From an uncultured Actinomycetota bacterium (GTDB lineage Bacteria; Actinomycetota; Actinomycetes; JAHEKZ01): DNA of 64,000 bases. Of the stretch, positions 23,034 through 33,410 are shown piece after piece. The stretch covers positions 576,001-640,000 of the forward strand of contig CAVURN010000002.1 of NCBI GenBank assembly GCA_963743915.1, in the 5' to 3' direction. Position 1 is the stretch's first letter; every line of letters begins with the position of its first letter. Both the position numbers and the translations under genes were made by a program. A model generated the notes under the pieces. It was not told the DNA's origin, searched no databases, and saw only the letters and a list, made by a program, of their open reading frames with translations.

Positions 23034-24040
23034 GGGATTGGCCCACCTTGAAGTGGGGCGCGGTTCACGAAACTCGCACGCGACCCCGGCCATGGCCCCG
23101 GTTCCACCAGCCACACGCCGGACGGCCACCGCCACCGTGACCGCAGCTGAGCGTCCCGCAGCTGGCGCCAACGGGCCGCCACACCGGCGGTGTCGACCCT
23201 CAATCGATCGCTTCCGTAGCGCAGGAACCGGAAGTCGCGGTCCTCGAACCACTCTTGCCTCATCTTCTCGTTCCACAGGGCGTCGGACACCTCATACTTC
23301 GCCCGCCCATCGGCCTCGCCGATCAGCCCCCACTCCGGCCAGAGCTTGTCCGGCCGGTACCACTGCACGCTGCCATCTCCGACCCACCATTGCAGCAGCG
23401 GACAGGGGATGCCCTGGATCAGGAGGTGGCCTCGGGAGAACGACTCAAGCGGCGTCTCTGACAGACCATCTGCCCACGTCAGGCATTGTCTGGCGCGTTT
23501 CGCGAAGTTGATGTCACCGAGATCGTCCAGTACCTCAAGGGCTCGGTATCGATGTTCGGGATCCCGGGCAATCGCTGCATCCAGGGGCACGAGCGCCTGC
23601 GGGATCGGTGAGACCCGGCAGATGTCCACCATGGTGCGGGGCAACGAGGTCACTGGCAGCCCCTCAATCTCGACGACGTCATCCGCAACCACTCCGTAAC
23701 GGTGGACCAGTACGCCGGACAACCTTGACCCGCCGGGAGATCGAGTTACCTCCGGTCGGACCTTCGACCACAGGGGAAGAGTGTGCAGGGTGGCCGCGGA
23801 CCGGTGACTGACCACCACATCGGGACCTGCGGCCACGGCTCCACGCAGGAGCGGTAGCAGGCAGTCGTCTCGGGCCTCGGTGTACACCCCACCGCGGACG
23901 CGCATCAACAGGCCCTGGCGCACCCACCTGCGCAGGTCGTTGTCCGTGCACCCGAGCTGTAACAACGCACCACGGGAAGCTGCTCCCTGAGAGGCCAGGT
24001 GGTCCTCCACGGGTGCAGGGAGCACGTGATCGCCGGCCAT
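23000..24040 (-). CDS. AbiEi-like N-terminal wHTH protein with C-terminal PD-(D/E)XK/Vsr-like (DUF559-type) domain
   Basis: LMRVRGGVY, VVSHRSAATLH, VTSLPRTMVD, SETPLES, RPD..W..LIGEADG.AKY, EK.R. Confidence 0.8.
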   Translation of the reverse strand: MAGDHVLPAPVEDHLASQGAASRGALLQLGCTDNDLRRWVRQGLLMRVRGGVYTEARDDCLLPLLRGAVAAGPDVVVSHRSAATLHTLPLWSKVRPEVTRSPGGSRLSGVLVHRYGVVADDVVEIEGLPVTSLPRTMVDICRVSPIPQALVPLDAAIARDPEHRYRALEVLDDLGDINFAKRARQCLTWADGLSETPLESFSRGHLLIQGIPCPLLQWWVGDGSVQWYRPDKLWPEWGLIGEADGRAKYEVSDALWNEKMRQEWFEDRDFRFLRYGSDRLRVDTAGVAARWRQLRDAQLRSRWRWPSGVWLVEPGPWPGSRASFVNRAPLQGGPIPVIEAPQAFEG

Positions 24041-24145
24041 CGAGTGATGGTGAACGTTGGTACCGACGTCCGGACGAAATCCACAGCCGTCGAGAGCGGC
24101 GATCCGAAATTCGGCCGACCTCGCCCCACGACGCCCCCACCCTCT

Positions 24146-24217
24146 GGTGATCGAAGCGTCCTAGTCACTTTGACGGGCGTTGGGATCCGCCAGAGTGACT
24201 AGATCGCTCCGATCACC
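24146..24217. repeat. 72-bp imperfect palindrome (REP doublet-like), copy 2
   Basis: GGTGATCG...CGATCACC; 31-bp arms complementary at 26/31. Confidence 0.8.
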
Positions 24218-24232
24218 GTCGCGAGGGTAAGG

Positions 24233-25432
24233 ATGCGGACGCCTGCGACCGATACCCCCACCATGCGTACTGGGAAGACTGCCGCGTCCTCAGCGGACGC
24301 CTGCCGTCGCTGCACCGCTCTGCTGCCCTCCGGTGTTGCCCGCTGCTCGTTGTGTGGTTGGCCGGCCGGAGTCGGTTTCCCGCCCACCGACGGCGAGCTC
24401 GCCATGACGACGCCTCCGGACGACGTCGAACCGGAGGTCGAGGCACCCGACCACGGACAGCTCGACGCCCTCGCCGGCATCGCCGAGCGACAGGCGCCGC
24501 CGAGCGAAGAACCCGCCGAGGCGATGCCAGTGACGCCGGAGACCGGAGCGATCGGAGCCCCGGTCGAGGCTGCCCATGTTCAGGAGCCGGATGTCGCCCA
24601 CGATCGCGAGCCTTCACCCGCTCCCGAGACCGATGGCGCGATCGAGCAGTTCGACCCGCTCACCGCGCCTCTCGAGACCCTGATCGAGGACATCGAGCCG
24701 CAGCGTGGGGACGACGTGGTGGCGGTGGACGACAGCTCGGCTGTGCCCTCGCGGTCCGGGCGCACCTTCGACGTCCAGCGCCTCTGCCAGGTACTGGTCA
24801 TGAGTGCTGCGCTGTCGAACCTCGCCCTCGCTGGCCTGGAGGTCATCGCCGAGGGTTCGATGGCGGTGCTCGCCCTGGCACTGGTGAGCCTCGGCATCTG
24901 GACGGCCGCGGCCATCACTTTCCTGCACTGGGTGTCTCGCACCTACGCCCGCGTCGTCAGCACGTCGCCGGTCCGACAACGGCACGGCGCGACGATGGCT
25001 GTCGCGGGCTGGATGATCCCGGTTGCCGGGTTCGTCATCGGCTACCGCGTGCTGCAGGACCTCTGGGCCGGCTCGGACCCAGCCACCCGCAGCAACCCCG
25101 AGGCGACTCCGGCGAAGGCACGTGTCATCGACGTGTGGCTGCTCGGACTGGTCACGGCGACCGTGTTCGGGTACGCCATGCCCCTGGCGCTGGGCGACTC
25201 CACCCTCTGGGGCGTCCTCAGCTCGGTCGGCGTGCTCACGGCCGCCTTGGCGCTCATCCAGGTCATGAGCACCCTCGGCGCCTGGTCCGTCGACACCGAC
25301 ACCGACAGCACGACCGCACCGACGACGTCCATCCAGGTAGCTGACGAGGGAACCGTCACGACACGGGTCGACCACCTCGAGGCAGTTGCACCTGACGTCG
25401 TTCCTGAGGAAGCGCCCGTCTCCGTCGACTGA
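24233..25432 (+). CDS. DUF4328-like membrane protein with N-terminal Zn-ribbon and acidic linker
   Basis: CRRC-x10-CSLC; R..G..AVAGWMIP..G..YRVLQDLW; several TM helices; start uncertain. Confidence 0.65.
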   Translation: MRTPATDTPTMRTGKTAASSADACRRCTALLPSGVARCSLCGWPAGVGFPPTDGELAMTTPPDDVEPEVEAPDHGQLDALAGIAERQAPPSEEPAEAMPVTPETGAIGAPVEAAHVQEPDVAHDREPSPAPETDGAIEQFDPLTAPLETLIEDIEPQRGDDVVAVDDSSAVPSRSGRTFDVQRLCQVLVMSAALSNLALAGLEVIAEGSMAVLALALVSLGIWTAAAITFLHWVSRTYARVVSTSPVRQRHGATMAVAGWMIPVAGFVIGYRVLQDLWAGSDPATRSNPEATPAKARVIDVWLLGLVTATVFGYAMPLALGDSTLWGVLSSVGVLTAALALIQVMSTLGAWSVDTDTDSTTAPTTSIQVADEGTVTTRVDHLEAVAPDVVPEEAPVSVD

Positions 25433-25550
25433 CTCCGACGCCAAGCTCGACCTCGCAGGCCTGTTTCACCCGAGCACTCCTTCATGGTTGGCTGGCATCA
25501 ACCAGAGCCGATGGCGGGTCAAGACCGCCGTGCAGGGAGGCCGGACACGC

Positions 25551-26327
25551 ATGGGTCGGGTGATCGGTGTCGACGTGGGCGGCACCGGCATCAAGGGTGC
25601 ACTGGTCGACACCGAGCACGGTGACCTCGTGACCGCGCGGATCCGCGTCCCCACGCCGCACCCCGGAACGCCCGCCCATGTGGCGCAGACGGTGTGCGAC
25701 GTCGTGGGCCAGATCGACGCCACCGGGGCAGTCGGTGTCACGCTGCCGGCCGTCGTACGAGCCGGCATCGTCGAGACGGCCTCCAACATCGACGCGTCCT
25801 GGATCGGCACGGACGCGCCGGCCTTGCTCGAGGCCGCGCTCGGTCGACCGGTCGTGGTCGTCAACGACGCCGACGCCGCGGGGCTGGCCGAGATCCGGTG
25901 GGGCGCAGGGCGAGGCATCGGTGGAACCGTCGTCGTCATCACGTTGGGCACCGGGATCGGCAGCGGCCTGTTCATCGATGGCTGTCTGGTGCCCAACACC
26001 GAGCTGGGACATCTGCATCTCCATCACGGCGACGCGGAGGACTGGGCTGCCGAGTCCATCCGCGAGCATGACGACCTGTCGTGGGGGAAGTGGGCGGCGC
26101 GGGTGGACGCCTATCTGCACAAGCTCGAAGCCCTGATGTGGCCCACGCTCATCATCATCGGCGGTGGGATCTCGAAGAAGGCAGACAAGTTCCTCCCTCG
26201 CCTCACGGTGCGGACCCCCGTCGTCGCAGCCCAGCTCCACAACGAGGCGGGCATCGCCGGGGCGGCCTTGCTGGCAGACTCCCTCGAGCACCCGCCTCAA
26301 CCCACCGCGAACCGGCCTCAGGAGTGA
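25551..26327 (+). CDS. ppgK: Polyphosphate glucokinase (ROK family)
   Basis: GVDVGGTGIKGA, NDADAAG.AE, TLGTGIGS, PNTELGHL, GGGISK. Confidence 0.9.
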   Translation: MGRVIGVDVGGTGIKGALVDTEHGDLVTARIRVPTPHPGTPAHVAQTVCDVVGQIDATGAVGVTLPAVVRAGIVETASNIDASWIGTDAPALLEAALGRPVVVVNDADAAGLAEIRWGAGRGIGGTVVVITLGTGIGSGLFIDGCLVPNTELGHLHLHHGDAEDWAAESIREHDDLSWGKWAARVDAYLHKLEALMWPTLIIIGGGISKKADKFLPRLTVRTPVVAAQLHNEAGIAGAALLADSLEHPPQPTANRPQE

Positions 26328-26328
26328 G

Positions 26329-27360
26329 ATGACCAGCGAACGCACGATGCAGCTCGGGATGGTGGGTCTGGGACGCATGGGCGCCAACATGGTGCGCCGT
26401 CTCATGCGCGACGGCCATGAGTGCGTGGTGCACGACGTCGCGCCGGCAGCCGTCCAGGACCTTGTCGGCGAGGGCGCCGTAGGCGCGACCTCACTGGCCG
26501 ACCTCGCCGAGAAGTTGGACGCGCCGCGAGCGGTGTGGGTCATGGTGCCCGCGGGCTACGTGCAGCAGACCGTCGATGCGCTGGCCGAGGTCCTGAGCGA
26601 GGGCGACATCGTCATCGACGGTGGCAACAGCTACTACCGCGACGACATCACCCGTGCCGCCGCGTTGCGGCAACGGGGCATCCACTACGTCGACTGCGGG
26701 ACCAGCGGCGGCGTCTGGGGTCTGGATCGCGGGTACTGCCTGATGATCGGTGGCGACACCGGAGCGGTGCAGCACCTCGATCCGGTCTTCGCGTCCTTGG
26801 CGCCGGGACACGGCGACACCAGCCCCACTCCCCACCGCACGAGCACCACCGGGACCGCCGATCGCGGGTACCTCCACTGTGGCCCGATCGGGGCGGGGCA
26901 CTTCGTCAAGATGGTTCACAACGGCATCGAGTACGGGATGATGGCCGCCCTGGCCGAGGGGCTCGCCATCATCAAGCACGCCGACGCCGGCCTGCACGCG
27001 GGAGAGATCGACGCCGAGACGACCCCGCTGCGCGACCCACAGGCCTACCAGTACGAGATCGACGTCGCCGAGGTCGCCGAGGTCTGGAGACGGGGCTCGG
27101 TGATCGAGTCCTGGCTCCTGGACCTGACGGCCGACGCGCTCGCGAAGTCCCCCGACCTGGCTGAGTTCGCTGGTCGGGTCAGCGACTCCGGAGAGGGACG
27201 GTGGACCATGCTCGCCTCGATCGACGAGGGGGTGCCGGCACCGGTGATCTACGCGGCGCTCAACGCGCGCTTCGAGTCCCGCGACATGGGCTTGTTCACG
27301 AACCGGGTCCTGTCCGCGATGCGCAACGAGTTCGGCGGACACGACGAGAAGAGCCCCTGA
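26329..27360 (+). CDS. gnd: 6-phosphogluconate dehydrogenase, decarboxylating, short form
   Basis: GLGRMG, IDGGNS, DCGTSGG, GHFVKMVHNGIEYG, DSGEGRW, FGGH. Confidence 0.94.
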   Translation: MTSERTMQLGMVGLGRMGANMVRRLMRDGHECVVHDVAPAAVQDLVGEGAVGATSLADLAEKLDAPRAVWVMVPAGYVQQTVDALAEVLSEGDIVIDGGNSYYRDDITRAAALRQRGIHYVDCGTSGGVWGLDRGYCLMIGGDTGAVQHLDPVFASLAPGHGDTSPTPHRTSTTGTADRGYLHCGPIGAGHFVKMVHNGIEYGMMAALAEGLAIIKHADAGLHAGEIDAETTPLRDPQAYQYEIDVAEVAEVWRRGSVIESWLLDLTADALAKSPDLAEFAGRVSDSGEGRWTMLASIDEGVPAPVIYAALNARFESRDMGLFTNRVLSAMRNEFGGHDEKSP

Positions 27361-27362
27361 CG

Positions 27363-28043
27363 ATGCATCACCTGCTGCAGGTCTGGGCGGACCCTGCCGA
27401 GGTCGCATTGCGCGCAGCTGCCTACGTGGCCGAGCGGGCCTCCGAGGCCGTGGCCGACCACGGTGCGTTCACCTTCGCCGTCAGCGGCGGCAGCACTCCC
27501 CAAGGCATGTTCGTGGCCTTGAGCGGCATGGACGTCCCCTGGTCCAAGACGCAGATCTTCCAGGTCGACGAGCGGATCGCGCCGCCGGACGACACCGACC
27601 GCAACCTGCACCACCTGCGGCAGGCGCTCGGCGACGTCCCCGCGTCCCTTGAGACCATGCCGGTGGAGCTCCCCGATCTGGCGGCCGCAGCGGAGGAGTA
27701 TGCGGCACACCTGCCCGCCCACTTCGATCTCGTCCATCTCGGGCTCGGGCCGGACGGCCATACGGCGTCCCTCGTTCCGGGCGACGCGGTGCTCGCCGAA
27801 CGGGATGCGGCCGTCGCCGTGACAGCCGAGCCGTACCAAGGCCGTCGACGGATGACGCTGACCTACTCCGGTCTGGCGAGAGCGCGCCAGATCCTCTGGT
27901 TGGTCACCGGCGTCGACAAGCGTGACGCCCTCGCGCGGCTGCTCGCCGGGGACACCGACATCCCCGCTGGGCGGGTCACCGCCGACGCGTCGCTCGTCAT
28001 GGCTGACCAAGCCGCCGCTCCAGAACCAGGAGCTGCGGCATGA
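27363..28043 (+). CDS. pgl: 6-phosphogluconolactonase
   Basis: [28 protein letters not shown]. Confidence 0.9.
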   Translation: MHHLLQVWADPAEVALRAAAYVAERASEAVADHGAFTFAVSGGSTPQGMFVALSGMDVPWSKTQIFQVDERIAPPDDTDRNLHHLRQALGDVPASLETMPVELPDLAAAAEEYAAHLPAHFDLVHLGLGPDGHTASLVPGDAVLAERDAAVAVTAEPYQGRRRMTLTYSGLARARQILWLVTGVDKRDALARLLAGDTDIPAGRVTADASLVMADQAAAPEPGAAA

Positions 28044-29482
28044 CGTCGGACACCGGTACCCCGGCGCCGCTGACGCCTGACCCGCACGTGATCGTCCTGT
28101 TCGGCGCCACCGGCGACCTCGCCAAGCGCAAGCTGCTCCCGGGGCTGTACCACCTGTACGTCTCCGGTCTCATGCCACCGGCGTTCCGCATCATCGGCAC
28201 CTCGCCCGACGCCTGGGAGCGCGCTGAATTCCTGGACCACGTCCACGAGTCCCTGCAGCAGTTCGGACGCCGGGAGGTGCGGGACGGCCCTTGGGCCAGC
28301 TTCCGTGACGCGGTCGACTACGTCCCGTCGACCGGTGACGACGGTGACGCCCTGGCCGCATCGGTCGCGACCGCCCGGCACGATCTCGGCAGCTCCGTCC
28401 GCACGCTGCACTACCTGTCGGTTCCGCCGTTCGCGTTCGAGAGCGTGGTCGGCATGCTGGGGGCTGCCGGGCTCACCGACGAACCGAGTCGCGTCATCAT
28501 CGAGAAGCCCTTCGGCCACGACCTGGAGTCGGCGCGCCACCTCAATGCGGTCCTGCACTCCGCCTTCGCCGAGGAGCAGATCTTCCGCATCGACCACTTC
28601 CTCGGCAAGGAGGACGTGCAGAACATCCTTGCGGCGCGGTTCGCGAACGGCTTCTTCGAGCCGATCTGGAACCGCGGACACATCGACAACGTGCAGATTG
28701 ACGTCCCCGAGACCCTCGGCCTCGAGCACCGTGCCGGCTTCTACGAGAGCACCGGCGCCTACCGGGACATGATCGTCACCCACCTGCTCCAGGCGATGGG
28801 GTTCGTCGCGATGGAGCGGCCCGAGAACCTCCAGCCCGATGAGCTGTACCGGCACAAGGAAGGGGCGTTCGAGGCAATCGTTCCGCTCGATCCACAGGAC
28901 GTCGTCCGCGGGCAGTACGAGGGGTACCGGTCCGAGGACGGCGTCGCGTCGGACTCCGACACCGAGACCTTCGCCGCCGCGCGGGTGAGCCTGGACAACG
29001 AGCGCTGGCGCGGCGTCCCCTTCTACCTGCGGACCGGCAAGCGGATGGCCGAGTCGCGACGAACCGTCACCCTGACGTTCGGCGCGCCGGAGCACGACCT
29101 GTTCCCCGGCGCGCGGCAGACGAACGCCCTGCGGTTCGAGCTGTCCGAGCCAGGGAAGATCCGGCTCGCGTTCTTGGCCAAGGAGCCGGGTCCGACCATG
29201 GACCTCGGACCGGCCGCCATGGTCTTCGAGTACGCCACGTCCTTCAATGTCCGGCACGAGCTGGAGGCGTACGAGCGGTTGATCCACGACGCCATGATCG
29301 GCGACCGCACGCTGTTCACCAGGGCCCCGGGCATCGAGCGACTCTGGGAGGTGTCGGCCTCGGTCCTGGAGCACCCTCGACCCGTCGTGCCCTACTCCCC
29401 CGGGTCGTGGGGGCCGGCAGAAGCGGACGCGCTGCTCGAGGGCCGTCGCTGGGCGCTTCCGGACACCGCCCCTACAGGTTGA
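28040..29482 (+). CDS. zwf: Glucose-6-phosphate dehydrogenase
   Basis: [36 protein letters not shown]. Confidence 0.95.
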   Translation: MTSDTGTPAPLTPDPHVIVLFGATGDLAKRKLLPGLYHLYVSGLMPPAFRIIGTSPDAWERAEFLDHVHESLQQFGRREVRDGPWASFRDAVDYVPSTGDDGDALAASVATARHDLGSSVRTLHYLSVPPFAFESVVGMLGAAGLTDEPSRVIIEKPFGHDLESARHLNAVLHSAFAEEQIFRIDHFLGKEDVQNILAARFANGFFEPIWNRGHIDNVQIDVPETLGLEHRAGFYESTGAYRDMIVTHLLQAMGFVAMERPENLQPDELYRHKEGAFEAIVPLDPQDVVRGQYEGYRSEDGVASDSDTETFAAARVSLDNERWRGVPFYLRTGKRMAESRRTVTLTFGAPEHDLFPGARQTNALRFELSEPGKIRLAFLAKEPGPTMDLGPAAMVFEYATSFNVRHELEAYERLIHDAMIGDRTLFTRAPGIERLWEVSASVLEHPRPVVPYSPGSWGPAEADALLEGRRWALPDTAPTG

Positions 29483-31325
29483 GCTCGTCCAGACGTTCGG
29501 CCAGGATCAAGCGGGCGGCGGCCTCGATGAGGGCCAGGTGGGAGAAGGCCTGCGGGGTGTTGCCGAGGTGCCGGGCGCTCTCCACCTCGAACTCCTCGGC
29601 GTAGAGCCCGAGGGGCGACCCGATGCGCAGGAGCCGCTGCATCCGGTCGTCCGCCCGCTTCCGCTCGCCGATCATGGCCAGTCCCGAGACCTGCCAGAAC
29701 GAGCAGATCAGGAATGAGCCCTCTTTGCCGTGGAGTCCGTCGTCGGTGACGTCGGTGCGGTAGCGGAGCACGAACCCGTCCTCAGTCAGATCACGGTCGA
29801 TCGCCTCGACGGTGGCTCGGAACCGTTCGTCGTGGCCGGGCAAGAAGCCGAAGAGACCGGCGAGCAACGAGGACGCATCGAGCGCGTCGGTGTCGTAGTG
29901 CTGACGCAGCACTCCGTCACTGCTCACCCCACGAGCGAGGATGTCCGTCTTGATGGCTTCAGCGGTCTCTGCCCAACGGCGCTCGAGGTCGGAGTCACCG
30001 CGGATGGCGGCCAGCTTCGAGGCACGGTCCATCGCCACCCAGCACATGAGCTTCGACGAGACGTAGTGCTGCGGGGCGCCGCGCGCCTCCCAGATCCCCT
30101 GGTCAGGATCGGTCCAGACCTGCGACGCCCGCTCCGCCTGGCTCTGGATCAGCGGCCACAGCCGGCCTGGAAGACGCTGACTGCGCCGAGTATGGAGAAG
30201 CAGCGAGTCGAGGACTGACCCGAACACGTCGTTCTGACGCTGCTGGAAGGCACCGTTGCCCACCCGCACGGGCCGAGCGCCTTCGTACCCGGTGAGCTCG
30301 TCAAGGGTGGTCTCGGTGAGGTCGCGACGACCGTCGATCCCGTACATGATCTGCAGGCCGCCGTCGGGGTTCGGTTGCAGGTCGGCGACAAACTGCATGA
30401 ACTCCTCGGCTTCGCGGTCGAGGTCGAGGAAATGCAGGGCCTGCAGCGTGAACGTGCTGTCACGCATCCACGCGTACCGGTAGTCCCAGTTGCGCTCTCC
30501 GCCTGGAGTCTCGGGGAGCGAGGTGGTCAGGGCGGCAACAGTCGCACCCGTCGGCAGGTAGGTGAGGCCCTTGATGGTCAGCGCAGACCTCTCCACCGCG
30601 TGTCGAAGGTAGTGGTCGGGGATCCGCGCCCGCGCCAGCCAGCGCCGCCAGTACTCGACGGTCGCGTCGATGCGTGCGGCCGCGTCGTCCACATCTGTCG
30701 GAGCGGGGACGTCGGACCACGACAATGCGACGCACGCCCGATCGCCTCTGTCCAGCGTGTGGCGCGATCGCACCGAGTCGCCCTCAGCCCCCAGCACCAT
30801 GGACGAGGTGATCGTCAGCGAGACGCCGGCCACGGTGACCGTTGCCACCTGGCTGTCGTCTTGGACCGCCCACCCACCTCGGTAGCGTCCATAGCCGAAG
30901 GCCGGCTCACACACGACTTCGACCTCTGAGCTGCCCTCGATGCACTCGATCGTGCGAACCAGCATGTGCTCGGCATCCACGTCGTTGGGCGGCCGAGTGT
31001 GCGGGGTGGCGCTGTCGGGACCGCGCCGAGCTCCGAAGGTCAGTGCATCACGGACGACCACCCAACCCGTTGGCGTGTGCCACGTCGTCTCGAGCACATT
31101 TGTCCCCGGGATGTAGACCCGCGACGTGGGAACGTCCATCCCGTCGGGAGACACGCGGAAGGAGCCGGCTCCTCGGTCGAGAAGGCTGCCGAAGACGCTC
31201 GGGGAATCGAACGCCGGCACGCACAGCCAGTCCACCGACCCGTCAGGCGCGACCAGCGCTCCCGTGTGGCAGTTGGACAGGAAGGCGTACTCGGCGATCG
31301 GGGGGAACGGGGAGCGGGACGCCAT
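29472..31325 (-). CDS. Glycoside hydrolase family 15, actinobacterial trehalase/glucoamylase-like
   Basis: [46 protein letters not shown]; TAGATT 7 nt before ATG 31325. Confidence 0.92.
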   Translation of the reverse strand: MASRSPFPPIAEYAFLSNCHTGALVAPDGSVDWLCVPAFDSPSVFGSLLDRGAGSFRVSPDGMDVPTSRVYIPGTNVLETTWHTPTGWVVVRDALTFGARRGPDSATPHTRPPNDVDAEHMLVRTIECIEGSSEVEVVCEPAFGYGRYRGGWAVQDDSQVATVTVAGVSLTITSSMVLGAEGDSVRSRHTLDRGDRACVALSWSDVPAPTDVDDAAARIDATVEYWRRWLARARIPDHYLRHAVERSALTIKGLTYLPTGATVAALTTSLPETPGGERNWDYRYAWMRDSTFTLQALHFLDLDREAEEFMQFVADLQPNPDGGLQIMYGIDGRRDLTETTLDELTGYEGARPVRVGNGAFQQRQNDVFGSVLDSLLLHTRRSQRLPGRLWPLIQSQAERASQVWTDPDQGIWEARGAPQHYVSSKLMCWVAMDRASKLAAIRGDSDLERRWAETAEAIKTDILARGVSSDGVLRQHYDTDALDASSLLAGLFGFLPGHDERFRATVEAIDRDLTEDGFVLRYRTDVTDDGLHGKEGSFLICSFWQVSGLAMIGERKRADDRMQRLLRIGSPLGLYAEEFEVESARHLGNTPQAFSHLALIEAAARLILAERLDELNL

Positions 31326-31384
31326 GGGCGTCAATCTAGGGGCAAAGCCACATGATTGGCGCCGCGTTGGGTAGCACCACAGTC

Positions 31385-31621
31385 ATGGTGGACCACGGCG
31401 AGTACTTCAACCTCGGGCAGGCCGCCACGGGCGACGTCCATGCCACGACGGGGCTCTGGGGACCTGCGTTGTGCGACACGCCGCTGCTCATCGTGGACGA
31501 CAACCGCCGCTACTCCGGGGACGAGCTGCGGTGTCTCGCGGTCTGCCCCGGATGCCGCAGCGCGGCGCTCGTGCGCGCTCGATCGCGCCTTGTGCGGGAA
31601 CGCAGGCGGCAAACGGGCTAG
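31385..31621 (+). CDS. Possible small hypothetical protein with His/Cys residues
   Basis: VH..G..LC...C.AVCPGC; GC3-rich codons; start uncertain (31352 or 31385). Confidence 0.4.
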   Translation: MVDHGEYFNLGQAATGDVHATTGLWGPALCDTPLLIVDDNRRYSGDELRCLAVCPGCRSAALVRARSRLVRERRRQTG

Positions 31622-32007
31622 CCCAGCTGGCCGGGATGGCCGCCCTTGGTGGACAGCTCGTCCAGGGTGTGGGTGCACCGATTGAGCAGCGCAACCGCCT
31701 GCACCATCCCCTGGTCCGCTTGCCTTGCCTCAAGGTGTCGGCGGGTTTGGGGCCTCCCCCAACCACTGGACTCTCCCGTACTCGACCTTGACGGTGCCGC
31801 GTCGAGCAGTGTGGATGACGCATTTCGGAAGGCCCTGGGCTCTCCGGTGAGCACGCGGGACTTCACTGTGAGCAGGGGGATCCCCAGCAGCTCCGCGCGG
31901 ACCCACGCACGGACTTCGAAGTCACCCTGCTCGTCATCCGGCGGCTGTTCGTTTCGACGTCGCCTGCTGCGTCCACCGCGTTCATGTCTGCGGCGCCGAG
32001 AGCTCAT
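31618..32007 (-). CDS. Hypothetical protein with Arg-rich N-terminus
   Basis: GAGGA RBS; third gene of a co-oriented trio. Confidence 0.5.
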   Translation of the reverse strand: MSSRRRRHERGGRSRRRRNEQPPDDEQGDFEVRAWVRAELLGIPLLTVKSRVLTGEPRAFRNASSTLLDAAPSRSSTGESSGWGRPQTRRHLEARQADQGMVQAVALLNRCTHTLDELSTKGGHPGQLG

Positions 32008-32034
32008 GTGGTCACGTCCTCTTGCCGACGATCA

Positions 32035-32211
32035 TCACTCGCCCTGATGACGCACCGCGGAGATGGCCGCACTGGCGACTGTCAGGCTGAGCAGCCCCGC
32101 GAACGCTCCCCCTGCGACCTTCGAGACACGCTTCGCTCCAGCACTGGTGAGGGCGGCCAGGGCGTATCCCGCCGCAATCTCCTTCTTGCTCTTGCTCCTG
32201 ATCAGACCCAT
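32035..32211 (-). CDS. 58-aa small membrane protein, not in the ORF track
   Basis: Hand translation MGLIRSKSKKEIAAGYALAALTSAGAKRVSKVAGGAFAGLLSLTVASAAISAVRHQGE; GAGGA RBS. Confidence 0.6.
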   Translation of the reverse strand: MGLIRSKSKKEIAAGYALAALTSAGAKRVSKVAGGAFAGLLSLTVASAAISAVRHQGE

Positions 32212-32260
32212 GACAGTCCTCGCTTCTTTCGTCGTCGTTGAAGGGGTTTCCGTAGTGTCG

Positions 32261-33379
32261 TCAGCTGATCGAGTCGATGAGTTGCCGCTTGCTCATGGAG
32301 CTCCTCACCTCGAGCCCCTCAGCCTCTGCCATGCGGATGAGGTCGCGCTTCGTGAGTGCCTCGAGCGGGACACCTTCCTGGACAAGCGCCTCGACCAGTT
32401 CTGACTTGTTCAAGGTGGAGGCGCCGTCCACCTCCACCGTCTGCGCCACGGCGACCAGGTCCTGCTTGGTCAGGGCGCTCAGGCGCTCGGCGTCAACTGT
32501 CGCGTGTCCATTGCGGGACGACTCGTTCGTCGAGACCTGGGCCTGCTTCCGCGCTCGGTCCGCCGCAACGGCTCGACGCTTCGCCTCGTTCGCCCTTGCC
32601 TTTGCCTCCTGCGCCAGGTGATCGGCTTCACGCGCAGCCTCATCCGCTGCCTCCTTCGCAGCCCGCGCTGCGGCGTCAGCGAGTCTCTCGGCCTCAGCGA
32701 TTGCCGCATTGGCTTCATCGATGGCGCTGGCAGCCAGAGCGGCCGAGTGTTCGGCGCGCTGCTGCGCGTCGCGGACTCTGCGGGCGGCTGCCTTCTCCTC
32801 TTTCTCGAGCCTCTGCCTGGCCGCACCTTCTTCGTGCGAGCGGACCTCATCGACGTGGCGCTCAGCCCGTGCCTGAGCCTGTCGGACCCTTTCCTCCTGC
32901 TGTCGGATCACCTCGGCGACTGCAGCCTCGGCCTCCTGTCGAGCCTCATCGATCCGAGAACGCACCTGTTCCTCAAGGTCGCGGCGCGCTGCCGCTCGCG
33001 TCGTCTCGGTCTCATGAGCGATCTGAGCGGCCGACTCGGCTTCTTCATTGGCCTGCTGAGCCAGCAAGACCGCTCGGCTCTCAGCCTCCTGCGCCTGAGC
33101 AGCGGCTTCGTCCGCCTGCTTCATCAGACGGGTCACGGGGTCACGCCGCGAGACGGTGTCCTTGACCCGCGTCACCGTGCGCCGGGCACCCTCACCAGCG
33201 CCATCAGTCGCGGATGAGGCCAAGTCGCCCACACTCCCGGAAATCCCATCAGCCGCGTTCGCCGTGGTCTCGATCACCGGGTGGAAGGCTTTTGAGACCA
33301 GCCATGCGGTGTTGCTCGGAAGCTCCTTGACACCCAGCACCGCGGTGCGGCCCAGAGAGCCCTTCTTTCGCTCGGACAT
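32261..33379 (-). CDS. Long coiled-coil protein with two C-terminal Rho_N/SAP-like (HeH) motifs
   Basis: GAGGAGG RBS; Ala/Glu/Arg heptads; LTKQDLVAVA..V.G.STLNKSELVEAL and LTKRDLIRMA..GL..RSSMSKRQLIDSI. Confidence 0.8.
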   Translation of the reverse strand: MSERKKGSLGRTAVLGVKELPSNTAWLVSKAFHPVIETTANAADGISGSVGDLASSATDGAGEGARRTVTRVKDTVSRRDPVTRLMKQADEAAAQAQEAESRAVLLAQQANEEAESAAQIAHETETTRAAARRDLEEQVRSRIDEARQEAEAAVAEVIRQQEERVRQAQARAERHVDEVRSHEEGAARQRLEKEEKAAARRVRDAQQRAEHSAALAASAIDEANAAIAEAERLADAAARAAKEAADEAAREADHLAQEAKARANEAKRRAVAADRARKQAQVSTNESSRNGHATVDAERLSALTKQDLVAVAQTVEVDGASTLNKSELVEALVQEGVPLEALTKRDLIRMAEAEGLEVRSSMSKRQLIDSIS

Positions 33380-33410
33380 GTGGTCCTCCTCAAGGTAATG
33401 AGGTGACACC

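Noticed and set aside
23000-24040. Complete type IV toxin-antitoxin (AbiE) system
   Set aside because: No AbiEii nucleotidyltransferase gene is adjacent.
24077-24088. DnaA-box-like AAATCCACAG upstream of the AbiEi-like gene
   Set aside because: Single copy with two mismatches to TTATCCACA; insufficient alone.
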